A DNA stretch of 37,626 bases from the NCBI GenBank assembly GCA_036802845.1, contig DAIRVL010000002.1:1-37626 (forward strand), in the 5' to 3' direction. The notes under the pieces were generated by a model. The model was given only the letters and a program-made list of their open reading frames with translations. It searched no databases and was not told the origin of the DNA. The DNA is from Pseudomonadales bacterium (GTDB lineage: Bacteria; Pseudomonadota; Gammaproteobacteria; Pseudomonadales; UBA3067). Both the position numbers and the translations under genes were made by a program. Shown here piece after piece: positions 16,904 through 26,165 of this stretch; positions within the stretch are counted from its first letter, which is position 1, and every line of letters begins with the position of its first letter.

Positions 16904-18559
16904 TTAGGTACTTACGCCCCGATACTTTTCACTTAATCTGTTGCGCAACAAAATAGCGCTTAAATTCAGAATCACGATAATCAGCACCAATAAAAATGCC
17001 GTTGCATACACTAAAGGTTGCGCCGCCTCAACATTAGGACTCTGAAAACCTACGTCATAGATATGAAAACCCAGATGCATGAATTTTCTTTCCATATGCA
17101 AAAAAGGAAAGTTTTCATCCAAGGGCAACGTTGGAGCCAATTTAACCACACCGACCAACATTAAAGGAGCCACTTCACCTGCCGCACGTGCCACAGCGAG
17201 AATCAAACCCGTCATGATCGAAGGCGATGCCATAGGCAGCACCACTTTCCACAACGTTTCAGCTTTGGTTGCCCCCAGGGCCAGGCTGCCCTCGCGAAGA
17301 TTACGCGGGATGCGGGTCAGGCCTTCCTCTGTTGACACAATTACAACCGGCAGTGTCAGCAGTGCCAGCGTGAGCGATGCCCACAATAAACCTGATGTAC
17401 CCAGAAAAGGCGCGGGGGCAGCTTCCGGGAAGAACAACTTATCAATGTTGCCTCCCAGGAAATACACAAAAAATCCCAATCCAAAAACGCCATACACAAT
17501 GGAAGGCACCCCTGCCAGGTTATTGACCGCAATACGCACAATACGGGTCACGATGCCTTGTGACGCATATTCACGCAAATAAACAGCGGCAACAATGCCC
17601 ACGGGCGTAACGATAATGGACATGATGATCACCATCATGATGGTGCCAAAAATAGCAGGAAAAACCCCTCCTTCGGTATTGGCTTCTCGCGGATCTTCCG
17701 TCAGAAAGCGCCAGAACGCTACGACATACCGGCCGGTTTTTTCAATAACATTCATCTGATTGGGTTTCAGGCCGCCAATGATTTCTTCCAAAGGCAACTC
17801 GACCACCTGAGCATCCATTACCTGAAACCTGGCGCTGTCGCGCTTGATCGCCTCATTGAGTGTTTGCAGTTGCGCCATATAGACATTGAACTGACTGGTC
17901 AAACGCGCTTCTTCAACGCTTAGTTCAGCCAAGGCCTCAGGGGTTTCTGCACGTTCCAAAACCAGCTTCTTGCGCTCCATACGGAGCATTTCCAGCTGAT
18001 AGTTGATTGAGCCCATTTCCTTTTTTTCAAGCTGGGTAATCTGCTCTCTGAGAAGCGATGCACGCTCAACGCGCTCAAGAAAAATCGTCCAGGCTGATTC
18101 ACCCTCTGCTACCACATTCCCTTTTTCTTCGACCGAGCGCAGCTCACCATAAAAGTTACCCCACTCTTCGCGCTCCAGAACAATCAGTCTTTCAGGTCGA
18201 TTCACCGCTTTTATGTGAGGCTGGTCAATCCAGCGAAAATCCGCATTCAATTCACGATTACCGATTTTGATCAACCAACGCTCGATAATGGGTGACTGGG
18301 CGTTTTTGTCGATCAAACCAAAATGTTCGAGATTGACCTCTTCCTTGCGCACCAGTTCACCCACCAAACGCTGTTCGCCTTGTTCCGGGTCGTTATAGGT
18401 CAGCTCAAGAATATCCCCCGGCCAGAAATGCCCTAATCCCCGTACCATAATCAGTAACAGCAAGGAAACCACGGCAACAATACTGATCGCCACGGCACCC
18501 GCATTTAACCAAATCCAGGGAGAACCGCCTTTCCACCACTTGACCAGATTCTGCATCAT
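16904..18559 (-). CDS. pstA: Phosphate ABC transporter permease PstA, long form (551 aa)
   Basis: The C-terminal ~250 aa is a canonical PstA permease core (EGSLALGATKAETLWKVVLP...). A ~250-aa periplasmic insertion with a coiled-coil stretch lies between TM1 and TM2. Confidence 0.9.
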   Translation of the reverse strand: MMQNLVKWWKGGSPWIWLNAGAVAISIVAVVSLLLLIMVRGLGHFWPGDILELTYNDPEQGEQRLVGELVRKEEVNLEHFGLIDKNAQSPIIERWLIKIGNRELNADFRWIDQPHIKAVNRPERLIVLEREEWGNFYGELRSVEEKGNVVAEGESAWTIFLERVERASLLREQITQLEKKEMGSINYQLEMLRMERKKLVLERAETPEALAELSVEEARLTSQFNVYMAQLQTLNEAIKRDSARFQVMDAQVVELPLEEIIGGLKPNQMNVIEKTGRYVVAFWRFLTEDPREANTEGGVFPAIFGTIMMVIIMSIIVTPVGIVAAVYLREYASQGIVTRIVRIAVNNLAGVPSIVYGVFGLGFFVYFLGGNIDKLFFPEAAPAPFLGTSGLLWASLTLALLTLPVVIVSTEEGLTRIPRNLREGSLALGATKAETLWKVVLPMASPSIMTGLILAVARAAGEVAPLMLVGVVKLAPTLPLDENFPFLHMERKFMHLGFHIYDVGFQSPNVEAAQPLVYATAFLLVLIIVILNLSAILLRNRLSEKYRGVST

Positions 18560-18566
18560 GTCCTCT

Positions 18567-20807
18567 TTATAGATTGCTGTAACGGCTACGCAAACGTTGT
18601 CTCACCATTTCCGCCACTGTGTTAAACGCGAACGTGACACCGAACAGAACCAGCGCAGCCAAAAACAGAATACGGTAGTGACTGCTATCAACCTCGGATT
18701 CTGGCAGTTCAACGGCAATGTTAGCAGATAAGGTACGCATACCCTGAAACACGCTTAAATCAATCACGGGGGTATTACCCGTGGCCATCAATACAATCAT
18801 GGTTTCTCCAATCGCCCGGCCCAAACCAATCATCACGGCAGAAAAAATTCCTGGACTCGCGGTAAGAATGACGACTTTAGTCAATGTTTGCCACGGTGTT
18901 GCGCCCAAAGCCAAAGAGCCTTCGGTCAAATGACGAGGTACGCTGTAAATAGCGTCTTCGGCGATCGAAAATATTGTTGGAATCACTGCAATACCCATGG
19001 CAATACCCACAACCAGAGAATTGCGCTGGTCATAGTCAATATCCAACGAAACCTTCAACCATTCCTGGATATTACCGCCGAAAAATCCGTTCTCAATAAA
19101 CGGGCCCACGGCAAACATTGCCCATACCAGAATGACCAGTACCGGCATCAACAACACGGCTTCCCACCCCACAGGCACACGGTTTCGTATGCCTCCGGGC
19201 ACGAGTTGCCAAAGCACCGCAAAAAGCAGAAAACCCGCTGGCACAACAAACAAGAGTCCAAATACTGCAATCAAATTCGCTTCAATCAAGGGCGCGAGCC
19301 ACAAGCCGGCCAAAAACCCAAGAATAACGGTTGGCAGTACCCCCATGATCTCAATACCGGGTTTTACCCAGGTGCGCATCAAGGGCATCATGAAGTAACC
19401 CGTGTATATCGCACCCATAATAGACAAGGGTACGGATATCAACATGGCATAAAATGCGGCCTTCAATGTGCCAAAAGCCAAGGGAATCAGGCTGAATTTA
19501 GGTTCGAAATCGTCGGCACTCGAAGAGGATTGCCAGATATAACCCGGTTCAGCATAACCCTCGTACCACACTTGCTGCCATAAAGCGCTCCATGTCACCT
19601 CAGGGTGTTCGTTTTCAATATGGAAAAAAGCGTAATCGCCCGGACGCAATTCCACCAGCAAATCATCGGCACGGGCTGATAATGCCAATTGTTGCATCTG
19701 ATCAAACAGGGGCTCTGTCTTAAGCAATTTGGCGCCCCCGGTCATATGAAACAAACTCAACTCCTGTTGCGCATTAATCGTCAACAAACCTTTGCGTCGG
19801 GCTTCAGTTTTGAGTACAACGGGCTGGCCATCGGTTTCAAAACTGCGAACAGGACCCAGTTTCAGGGTGTTTTCAGGTGTTTTTTGCAAGGTCCATTGGG
19901 TCAAGTGTTGATCGGAACTGAGGGTAATTAACGATTTGCCTCCGGTCAGATATTCTGCCAAAACCAGGGTTGTCGGTTCCGCCAACAAACTTTGTGTTAG
20001 CAAAATCTCTGGCTCTTCCTTGTCACGAATATCCACCACTAAAGCTGCGCCTTGCTTACTCATGGCAATCACTTGTTCTGCCGTATCATTTATCAGCAGA
20101 AAATCAGGGCGCTGTTGTACATCCCAGACATGCTCATACGCAACACTGCTCGGCGCTTCGCCCTCTTGCGTCAGATAGTAGTCCATCTGTACTTGTGATG
20201 ATTCATTGACATACACAAGCACAAGGCCTTCGTCATCACGTTTAACACTTAAAAGAGAACGATCAGTCAGCCCCTGAACTTCAAGGGCGTGTTCGCCGTA
20301 AGGAAAGTCGAGCTGAGGTTTGACCTGGCGTTTGCCGGACTCATCAAAACTCACTATATAGTCGATCCGTACAATCAGCAGATGAAACTGCTCATCCAAT
20401 AAAGCCAACAATTGCCCACTCGCATCCATGGGCATCACTCGATGAATCGCCCCGGCAAGAGGCAGGTCAAAATGCCCTGCAGGCTCCCCGGAATCCGATA
20501 AAAAAAACCGGGCTACGCGTTCGCTGGTGAAACGTACGGCTATTTCACCGCTTTCTGATAAGCCCAAATATTTGCTGTTTTCCTGGGCAAGCTCAGGCCG
20601 TGAGAAGGTGCTCAGTTGCTCAACAGAAGGGGATTTAAAAATAGGTAACACGACGGACAGCAAGAAAGCAAAAATAAGCCCGATTACCAGAATAACAATG
20701 AATCCGCCTGCTTTTACGTAAACACGGGTTAATTTATCAACAAGGGCACGACGGCGCTGTCTCAGCGTGGTCTGATATAAATCAAATTCAGTCATAGCAT
20801 CTAACAC
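18567..20807 (-). CDS. pstC: Phosphate ABC transporter permease PstC, long form (746 aa)
   Basis: The C-terminal ~300 aa is a canonical PstC core (EGSLALGATPWQTLTKVVILTA...). A ~390-aa periplasmic domain lies between TM1 and TM2. The start is either GTG 20807 or ATG 20795. Confidence 0.9.
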   Translation of the reverse strand: MLDAMTEFDLYQTTLRQRRRALVDKLTRVYVKAGGFIVILVIGLIFAFLLSVVLPIFKSPSVEQLSTFSRPELAQENSKYLGLSESGEIAVRFTSERVARFFLSDSGEPAGHFDLPLAGAIHRVMPMDASGQLLALLDEQFHLLIVRIDYIVSFDESGKRQVKPQLDFPYGEHALEVQGLTDRSLLSVKRDDEGLVLVYVNESSQVQMDYYLTQEGEAPSSVAYEHVWDVQQRPDFLLINDTAEQVIAMSKQGAALVVDIRDKEEPEILLTQSLLAEPTTLVLAEYLTGGKSLITLSSDQHLTQWTLQKTPENTLKLGPVRSFETDGQPVVLKTEARRKGLLTINAQQELSLFHMTGGAKLLKTEPLFDQMQQLALSARADDLLVELRPGDYAFFHIENEHPEVTWSALWQQVWYEGYAEPGYIWQSSSSADDFEPKFSLIPLAFGTLKAAFYAMLISVPLSIMGAIYTGYFMMPLMRTWVKPGIEIMGVLPTVILGFLAGLWLAPLIEANLIAVFGLLFVVPAGFLLFAVLWQLVPGGIRNRVPVGWEAVLLMPVLVILVWAMFAVGPFIENGFFGGNIQEWLKVSLDIDYDQRNSLVVGIAMGIAVIPTIFSIAEDAIYSVPRHLTEGSLALGATPWQTLTKVVILTASPGIFSAVMIGLGRAIGETMIVLMATGNTPVIDLSVFQGMRTLSANIAVELPESEVDSSHYRILFLAALVLFGVTFAFNTVAEMVRQRLRSRYSNL

Positions 20808-20962
20808 ATCGAAATAGGCTGTTGGTTGTTTCGCATAAATCCAAGAAGTGAGTTATCTCAACACTTAACATCCTATTGGCAAACCGTCTCTGCCACCATG
20901 GCATTCTCATGAACACGGATAATAATTAAGTCAGGAACATCCGCAGGCGCCGATTTTAAACC

Positions 20963-20992
20963 AAAAAAAAGGGAACATCTTCCCCTTTTTTT
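20963..20992 (-). terminator. Intra-operon hairpin/attenuator between pstS and pstC
   Basis: On the minus strand it reads A7-GGGGAA gatg TTCCCT-U8, about 50 nt downstream of the pstS stop. This fits partial termination, which would give excess pstS transcript. Confidence 0.5.
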
Positions 20993-21044
20993 GTAATCAA
21001 CCTGTCTGCAAGTACGCTCGGCATATCAGGCCAAGCGCCTTGTT

Positions 21045-22019
21045 TTACTGAATTTTCTTCAGATCCATTTCAATCACTGAAGCAGGCAATGGAATATATC
21101 CATCCTTCACAACACTCTCCTGCCCCTGTTTGGAAAGAACCAGCTTGATGAACTCTTGCTCAAGAGGAGGCAAGGGCTTGCCAGGATGTTTGTTTACGTA
21201 GACATACAGATAACGAGACAAAGGATAGGTTTTATTCAGCGCATTCTCGGCATTCGCTTCAACAAAAGGCTTACCCTCTTTTTTAGCCAGAGGCACGGCA
21301 CGCACACCCGAGGTTTTATAACCAACACCGGAATAACCAATCCCATTCAAAGAGGAGGTCACAGACTGAACAACCGATGCCGAACCAGGCTGTTCATTAA
21401 CAGAGCTTTTGAAATCGCCCTTACACAAGGCTTCTTCCTTAAAATAACCATAGGTGCCAGACACAGAATTCCGTCCATACAACTGGATAGCACGTGTAGC
21501 CCAAACACCTGTTAAACCCGCATCAGCCCATTTGCCAATATCAGCAGAAGCACCGCAGCTACGATTCACAGAGAATATGGCATCTACTTGCTGCATGGTC
21601 AGCCCTTTTATCGGATTATCTTTGTGCACATACACTGCCAATGCATCAACTGCCACGCGTATAGCGGTTGGTTTATAGCCGTATTTTTTCTCGAAGGCTT
21701 CGAGCTCTATATCTTTCATTTCACGGCTCATTGGCCCCAAGGTAGCCGTGCCTTCAATCAAAGCAGGAGGCGCTGTAGAAGAACCCGCTGCCTGAATTTG
21801 CATATTGACACTAGGGTATTGATTTTTGAACGCATCACCCCAGAAGGTCATCAAATTGGCCAAGGTATCAGAGCCCACACTAGATAAACTGCCTGAAATA
21901 CCACTGACCTTGCTGTAGTCTTTCACAGCAGGATCTATACCGGCAGCCTGTGTTACGGTCATATGACTGACAAACACCAGCGAACCCGTCAGTGTGGCCA
22001 TGAGCTTTTTAATTTTCAT
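21045..22019 (-). CDS. pstS: Phosphate ABC transporter periplasmic phosphate-binding protein
   Basis: It has a signal peptide ([27 protein letters not shown]), and GSDT and GSS motifs of the PstS-type PBP fold. I chose ATG 22019, preceded by AGAGGAAA. The longer ORF-track N-terminus has no signal-peptide logic. Confidence 0.9.
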   Translation of the reverse strand: MKIKKLMATLTGSLVFVSHMTVTQAAGIDPAVKDYSKVSGISGSLSSVGSDTLANLMTFWGDAFKNQYPSVNMQIQAAGSSTAPPALIEGTATLGPMSREMKDIELEAFEKKYGYKPTAIRVAVDALAVYVHKDNPIKGLTMQQVDAIFSVNRSCGASADIGKWADAGLTGVWATRAIQLYGRNSVSGTYGYFKEEALCKGDFKSSVNEQPGSASVVQSVTSSLNGIGYSGVGYKTSGVRAVPLAKKEGKPFVEANAENALNKTYPLSRYLYVYVNKHPGKPLPPLEQEFIKLVLSKQGQESVVKDGYIPLPASVIEMDLKKIQ

Positions 22020-22078
22020 ACGTTTCCTCTTTGGATTTTGATCACTAATAAAGCGCTTCATTGCTGAAGACGCAGTAT

Positions 22079-22107
22079 GAGTCAGCAATATTTCACTTTT
22101 GTGACTA
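22079..22107 (-). promoter_or_regulatory. Candidate Pho boxes upstream of pstS (weak)
   Basis: On the minus strand, the heptads TAGTCAC-aaaa-GTGAAAT-attg-CTGACTC sit at 11-bp phase. Each matches CTGTCAT at 4/7 positions. They lie 60-90 bp upstream of the pstS ATG. Confidence 0.3.
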
Positions 22108-22153
22108 TTACACACCGACAACAAAAAAATCACTGTATGGCATCTTTTCGTTT

Positions 22154-23482
22154 TCAGCCCAAGGCCTGCATTTTCACACTCGAATCTGTCTTAAGCACTC
22201 TGGGCTCGGGAAACAGGCACGAAAAACAACTGCCTTTACCCACCTCACTCCAGACCAGCAATTGACTGTCATGACGCCGCAGTATTTGTTTTACGATGGC
22301 CAAACCCAAACCTGTCCCACCCTTGTCCCGTGAACGACCGACATCCACCCGGTAGAAACGCTCCATTAAACGCGGCAGGTGCTCTGGCGCAATACCTATG
22401 CCTTCATCTTCCACTTCAAAAAGGGCCTTCCCATCCTGCTCCACCCAGCGCACGGTAATACAACCGCCATCAGGCGTGTAACGAATGGCGTTACTGATTA
22501 AATTGGTAAACACGCTGTAAATTTCAGAGTCAACCGCACGCAGCAGCAGGTTGGATTGAATCTCGGGTTTAATCTGATGACGTCCATTGCTCAAACGCTC
22601 CATATCGCTCAACAGGCTTTTAAGCAAACTGGCCACTTTAATCACCGTACATTTATCGAGCACAGGGGGTTCTGCCGTATCCAGCACTGACAGTGTCAAC
22701 AAGTCACCCACAATGGACTTCATTCTTAATGCCGGCCCCAGCATTTTACTCAACTGATTACGATGCGCATCACCGAGCGTTTCATCGTCTGCCATCATTT
22801 CCAGATAACCCAGTATCACGGTCAAAGGTGTGCGCAGCTCATGCGAGACATTCCCCACAAACTGCTGACGCATGGTCATAAGGCGATGCACATGGGAAAT
22901 ATCGCGCGCCAGAAGCAAACGTCGGTTTTTTATCTCGACCAAACGCAGCTCAAGAATTTTTGCGTCATCAAGGGGCGAGCGCATTTCAAGGCTCGAACTA
23001 CCGCTTTCGTGATGTAACAAGGTCGCAAATTCTGGGGTTCGAATGATATTAGAAACAATCTGACCTTTATCTTTATGATTCAAACCTAGCAACGATTCAG
23101 CCGATTTATTAAACCACTCGACTTCATCGCGCTCATTGAGTAACACAACAGGATCAGGCAAGGCCTGCGTGCTTTCGCGGAAATTTTTTAAGAAAACGCC
23201 TAATTTCTGTTTTTGCGAGCGATTGGTTTTTTGTAATGCGCCATGCATTTTAACGAAGGTATAGGACAGATCACCCCATCCCCCATTTTGCTTAAGAGGC
23301 TCTCTGAGTTTGGAGTGACTCCACTGTTCAAAACGGGACATTTGGCGCAGTTGATAGACTGTAAATATCAGCGAAGCCATCAACACACCTACTAATACGT
23401 GGTCAACAAGAGCACCCAGCAAACACCCAAGACCCAACCAGACAGACAATCGAAATGCTTCCTGAATCCATGGGCTTGACAT
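22154..23482 (-). CDS. phoR: Phosphate regulon sensor histidine kinase
   Basis: It has two N-terminal TM helices, a PAS-like region, H-box [19 protein letters not shown] and an HATPase domain. It lies downstream of phoB. A GGAGAA RBS is present. Confidence 0.92.
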   Translation of the reverse strand: MSSPWIQEAFRLSVWLGLGCLLGALVDHVLVGVLMASLIFTVYQLRQMSRFEQWSHSKLREPLKQNGGWGDLSYTFVKMHGALQKTNRSQKQKLGVFLKNFRESTQALPDPVVLLNERDEVEWFNKSAESLLGLNHKDKGQIVSNIIRTPEFATLLHHESGSSSLEMRSPLDDAKILELRLVEIKNRRLLLARDISHVHRLMTMRQQFVGNVSHELRTPLTVILGYLEMMADDETLGDAHRNQLSKMLGPALRMKSIVGDLLTLSVLDTAEPPVLDKCTVIKVASLLKSLLSDMERLSNGRHQIKPEIQSNLLLRAVDSEIYSVFTNLISNAIRYTPDGGCITVRWVEQDGKALFEVEDEGIGIAPEHLPRLMERFYRVDVGRSRDKGGTGLGLAIVKQILRRHDSQLLVWSEVGKGSCFSCLFPEPRVLKTDSSVKMQALG

Positions 23483-23530
23483 AGTTTCTCCATTATTCCT
23501 ATTTCACTGCGGTGATTAAATCCAGCCAGT

Positions 23531-23620
23531 GTCTGTTAACACTATCCGCGCAGTTGCGACGCAGGCGCTTTTGTTGCGAGCCAAGGCGCACCGAGCGTAG
23601 TGCGCGGATGTACCACAGAC
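23531..23620. repeat. 90-nt nested inverted repeat in the phoB-phoR spacer
   Basis: Outer arms are GTCTGT (23531-36) / ACAGAC (23615-20). Middle arms are ATCCGCGCA (23544-52) / TGCGCGGAT (23601-09). There is an inner alternative hairpin GCGCAC-cgagcgta-GTGCGC, plus direct repeats TTGCGAC/TTGCGAG. Confidence 0.5.
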
Positions 23621-23625
23621 AGGCC

Positions 23626-24318
23626 CTAGACCACTCTGCTGGAAAAGCGATAACCTGCACCACGGACCGTTTGAACATACTGATCATAACCCTGAGGCGC
23701 CAATAGTTTTCGCAAACGCAGTACATGCACATCCACTGTACGATCATCAACGTACACAGCCCTGCCCCACACACGATCAAGTAATTGCTCTCTGGAAAAT
23801 ACCCGCTCCGGATTACGCATCAAAAATTCGAGCAATCGATACTCTGTGGGGCCGGCGTGAACCAGGTTGCCGCATATCGTCAAACGATGAGACTGCACAT
23901 CCAGACATAACTCACCCACGGTAAGCAGCTCACCCTCGCGCGAAACTGTTCGCCGGATGACCGCTTTGACCCGGGCGATCAACTCCTTGGGGGAAAAAGG
24001 TTTGGTCAGATAATCATCCGCACCGGAATCAAAGCCCCGAAGTTTATCCGACTCCTCGCCTCGCGCCGTAAGCATAATAATAGGCAAGTCTTTGGTAGGC
24101 TCATCAGCACGCAGGCGGCGAATAAAGTCTATGCCACTCATCCCGGGCAGCATCCAGTCCGCCACAATCACGTCAACGCCTGGCTTATCCAGCACACGCA
24201 GCGCCACATCCGCAGACTCGGCTTCCGTCACTTTAAATCCTTCGCGCTCCAGCGAAAACCGTAACATTTCCCGGATATCATTGTCATCTTCAACTATCAA
24301 AACATGTTGCCCGCTCAT
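23626..24318 (-). CDS. phoB: Phosphate regulon response regulator
   Basis: HVLIVEDDNDIREML...VIVADWMLPGMSGIDF...TKPFSPKELIARVKAVIRR...VQTVRGAGYRF shows strong colinearity with PhoB. Confidence 0.95.
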   Translation of the reverse strand: MSGQHVLIVEDDNDIREMLRFSLEREGFKVTEAESADVALRVLDKPGVDVIVADWMLPGMSGIDFIRRLRADEPTKDLPIIMLTARGEESDKLRGFDSGADDYLTKPFSPKELIARVKAVIRRTVSREGELLTVGELCLDVQSHRLTICGNLVHAGPTEYRLLEFLMRNPERVFSREQLLDRVWGRAVYVDDRTVDVHVLRLRKLLAPQGYDQYVQTVRGAGYRFSSRVV

Positions 24319-24362
24319 TGCCTAAGGCCTTTTATGTCAAAATTGTTATTCAATCAACGGGA

Positions 24363-24382
24363 TGTTACAGTCACATGACAAG
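24363..24382 (-). promoter_or_regulatory. Pho box upstream of phoB
   Basis: On the minus strand it reads C-TTGTCAT-gtga-CTGTAAC-A. This matches 6/7 and 5/7 to the CTGTCAT direct repeat at 11-bp spacing, 45-64 bp upstream of the phoB ATG. Confidence 0.5.
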
Positions 24383-24529
24383 CCAGCACTTTTCAACAAC
24401 GGCGCTGTTTTATTGGTTTTCATGGTTCTGAATGCTGCGTTCATCCTATAGAATTCATGTGGCGAAAATAACAGGAATGATCACTTAATTATTTAAAAAC
24501 CAAACGACCACACGCAGAAAGGGCGACAC

Positions 24530-24802
24530 ATGACAGATCAGAAACATTTAACCGAACAGCTACAGAAACTACATCAAGACTTGCAACAATATCAACCGCA
24601 GACAGCTCTGGATGAAGAAAGCAGACACTTGCTTCAACAAGTAAATCAGGACATAGAAAGACTCACCCGTTCCAGTGCAGAGGGTGAAACAATGACGCAG
24701 GTGTCTCTTGAAAGCTCACTGATCCACTTTGAACAGGACCATCCCACACTCGCCGCCATCCTTAAGGAAATGGCCGATTTATTGAATAAAATGGGCATTT
24801 AA
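24530..24802 (+). CDS. DUF4404-like small helical protein
   Basis: It is 90 aa. The pattern LQKLHQDL...DEESRHLLQQVNQDIERL...FEQDHPTLAAILKEMADLLNKMGI matches my recollection of the DUF4404 family, including the C-terminal ...MGI. Confidence 0.6.
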   Translation: MTDQKHLTEQLQKLHQDLQQYQPQTALDEESRHLLQQVNQDIERLTRSSAEGETMTQVSLESSLIHFEQDHPTLAAILKEMADLLNKMGI

Positions 24803-24854
24803 CTGCCCTGCAGTTTGTTATCCACTTATTTTCCATAACAAGGAACAAACCAGC

Positions 24855-25199
24855 ATGCTCGATTTGAACGTAGTAAAGAAACAACTTGAAACCCAAAAAG
24901 AAGAAATCGAGCAACGGCTGCGCGCCACGACCAAGGATCTTCATCATCGTGATGAAGCTATTAGTGCGGACTTTGCCGAACAAAGCACCGAGATGGAAAA
25001 TTACGAAGTATTAGTGGCCCTGGACAAAGAAGGGCAGCAAGAACTTGAACAAATTGAATCGGCACTCCGGCGCATTGACGATAAGCGCTACGGTCAATGT
25101 ACCCAGTGCCATGGCAATATTAACGAGAAACGCCTACAAGCCATTCCCTACGCCGCTTTATGTATGGACTGCTCAAACCAGCAGGCAAACAAGATCTAG
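24855..25199 (+). CDS. DksA/TraR-family C4 zinc-finger protein
   Basis: It has an N-terminal coiled coil and C-x2-C-x17-C-x2-C (CTQCHGNINEKRLQAIPYAALCMDC). The tip region SADFAEQ aligns with the DksA region DxxDRA. Confidence 0.8.
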   Translation: MLDLNVVKKQLETQKEEIEQRLRATTKDLHHRDEAISADFAEQSTEMENYEVLVALDKEGQQELEQIESALRRIDDKRYGQCTQCHGNINEKRLQAIPYAALCMDCSNQQANKI

Positions 25200-25232
25200 G
25201 CGTGGGCTGATTATGAGCCACCCTCCCAAGCC

Positions 25233-25451
25233 TTATTCGTCTTTACACTCAACTTCTTCAATGATTTTCCTTAAACGCTCTTGCTCTTCCCTGCTTTTGC
25301 TTTCATCAATCATTCGCTTGAGTTCTTTTCGGTAGGTCGCAAAATCTTCAGTACAACCCACGCCTACCGAGGCGTTACCAAAAGGCGCGGGTGAAACACA
25401 GGCAGACAAGGTAAATACCATCCCAAGCAAACACACATTTCGCTTTAGCAA
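25233..25451 (-). CDS. Small putative lipoprotein (about 72 aa) with charged helical C-terminus
   Basis: It has a canonical lipobox LSAC. A GGAGAG RBS lies 5 nt before a TTG at 25451, giving the signal peptide LLKRNVCLLGMVFTLSAC. The longer ORF-track version (to 25493) lacks signal-peptide logic. No homolog recognised. Confidence 0.45.
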   Translation of the reverse strand: MLKRNVCLLGMVFTLSACVSPAPFGNASVGVGCTEDFATYRKELKRMIDESKSREEQERLRKIIEEVECKDE

Positions 25452-25689
25452 CTTAACTCTCCAATACTTGATTTGGCCACAGTGCACGTTCAAAGAATAT
25501 TTGCTTACTTGTTTCTTGCTTATTTAATGAAGCATCCAAAATCTATTGCCCAATGTACCGATTTTTTATTGGGAAAAAATCCATCTGCAAAACAAAGACT
25601 CGTAAGTCAACTTGTTATGTTTTTAATTACTACGTGAAATAATTCAGGCCCACAGCACGCACTAACAAAAACGCGCCATGGGAGGGCGT

Positions 25690-26094
25690 TTAATACCCGA
25701 AGGTTTGCACGCCGTCATTCGATGCAGGTGATTCATTAATGATGGTGAGCTTGGAAATCACTTTGGTGACACCATTTGCTTTGGAGGCCATTTGCATGGC
25801 GACTTCCTCTACATGTTTGTTTTCCACAGCCCCATACAAGGTAACCACACCACGATAGGTGTCAATATTGATATTAAAACCGTTCACTTCTCTATCGGAA
25901 AGATACCAACCTTTAATGGTTGAAGTAATAACGGCATCCTGTTTAATCGTTTTCAGATCCCGCTCATCCCTACCTGTGTAATAACCCGCCGCCGTGCCAC
26001 CTGCCAGCAAACCAGCCGCCACCGTGCCCGTAGTGCATCCTGTGGTAGAAAGTAAAAAACACCCTAATCCAAACACCAGAACTATTCTACGCAT
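25690..26094 (-). CDS. BON-domain (OsmY-like) probable lipoprotein
   Basis: It has a signal peptide ending LLSTTGC, a Gly/Ala-rich linker and a single BON domain (DAVITSTIKG...VVTLYGAVEN...GVTKVISKLTI). Confidence 0.8.
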   Translation of the reverse strand: MRRIVLVFGLGCFLLSTTGCTTGTVAAGLLAGGTAAGYYTGRDERDLKTIKQDAVITSTIKGWYLSDREVNGFNINIDTYRGVVTLYGAVENKHVEEVAMQMASKANGVTKVISKLTIINESPASNDGVQTFGY

Positions 26095-26165
26095 ACGCTA
26101 CTCAACCCCATCCAGACATCATTAAAACCATCGAAAACACATTACAGCCGCCGGCGATCCCGGCA

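Noticed and set aside
17079-19583. 167-aa and 231-aa plus-strand ORFs (17079-17582, 18888-19583)
   Set aside because: They are antisense to the conserved permease cores of pstA and pstC. Their low-complexity Arg/His/Gln/Pro-rich translations are typical of the reverse frame of membrane-protein genes.
23499-23780. 93-aa minus-strand ORF spanning the phoB-phoR spacer
   Set aside because: Most of it overlaps the 3' end of phoB out of frame. It has no RBS and a Cys/Trp-rich translation. The spacer is better explained as structured non-coding sequence.
25527-25637. 36-codon plus-strand ORF in the AT-rich spacer between the small lipoprotein gene and the BON gene
   Set aside because: It has no Shine-Dalgarno sequence and no recognisable motif. 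The region is better explained as promoter or terminator space.
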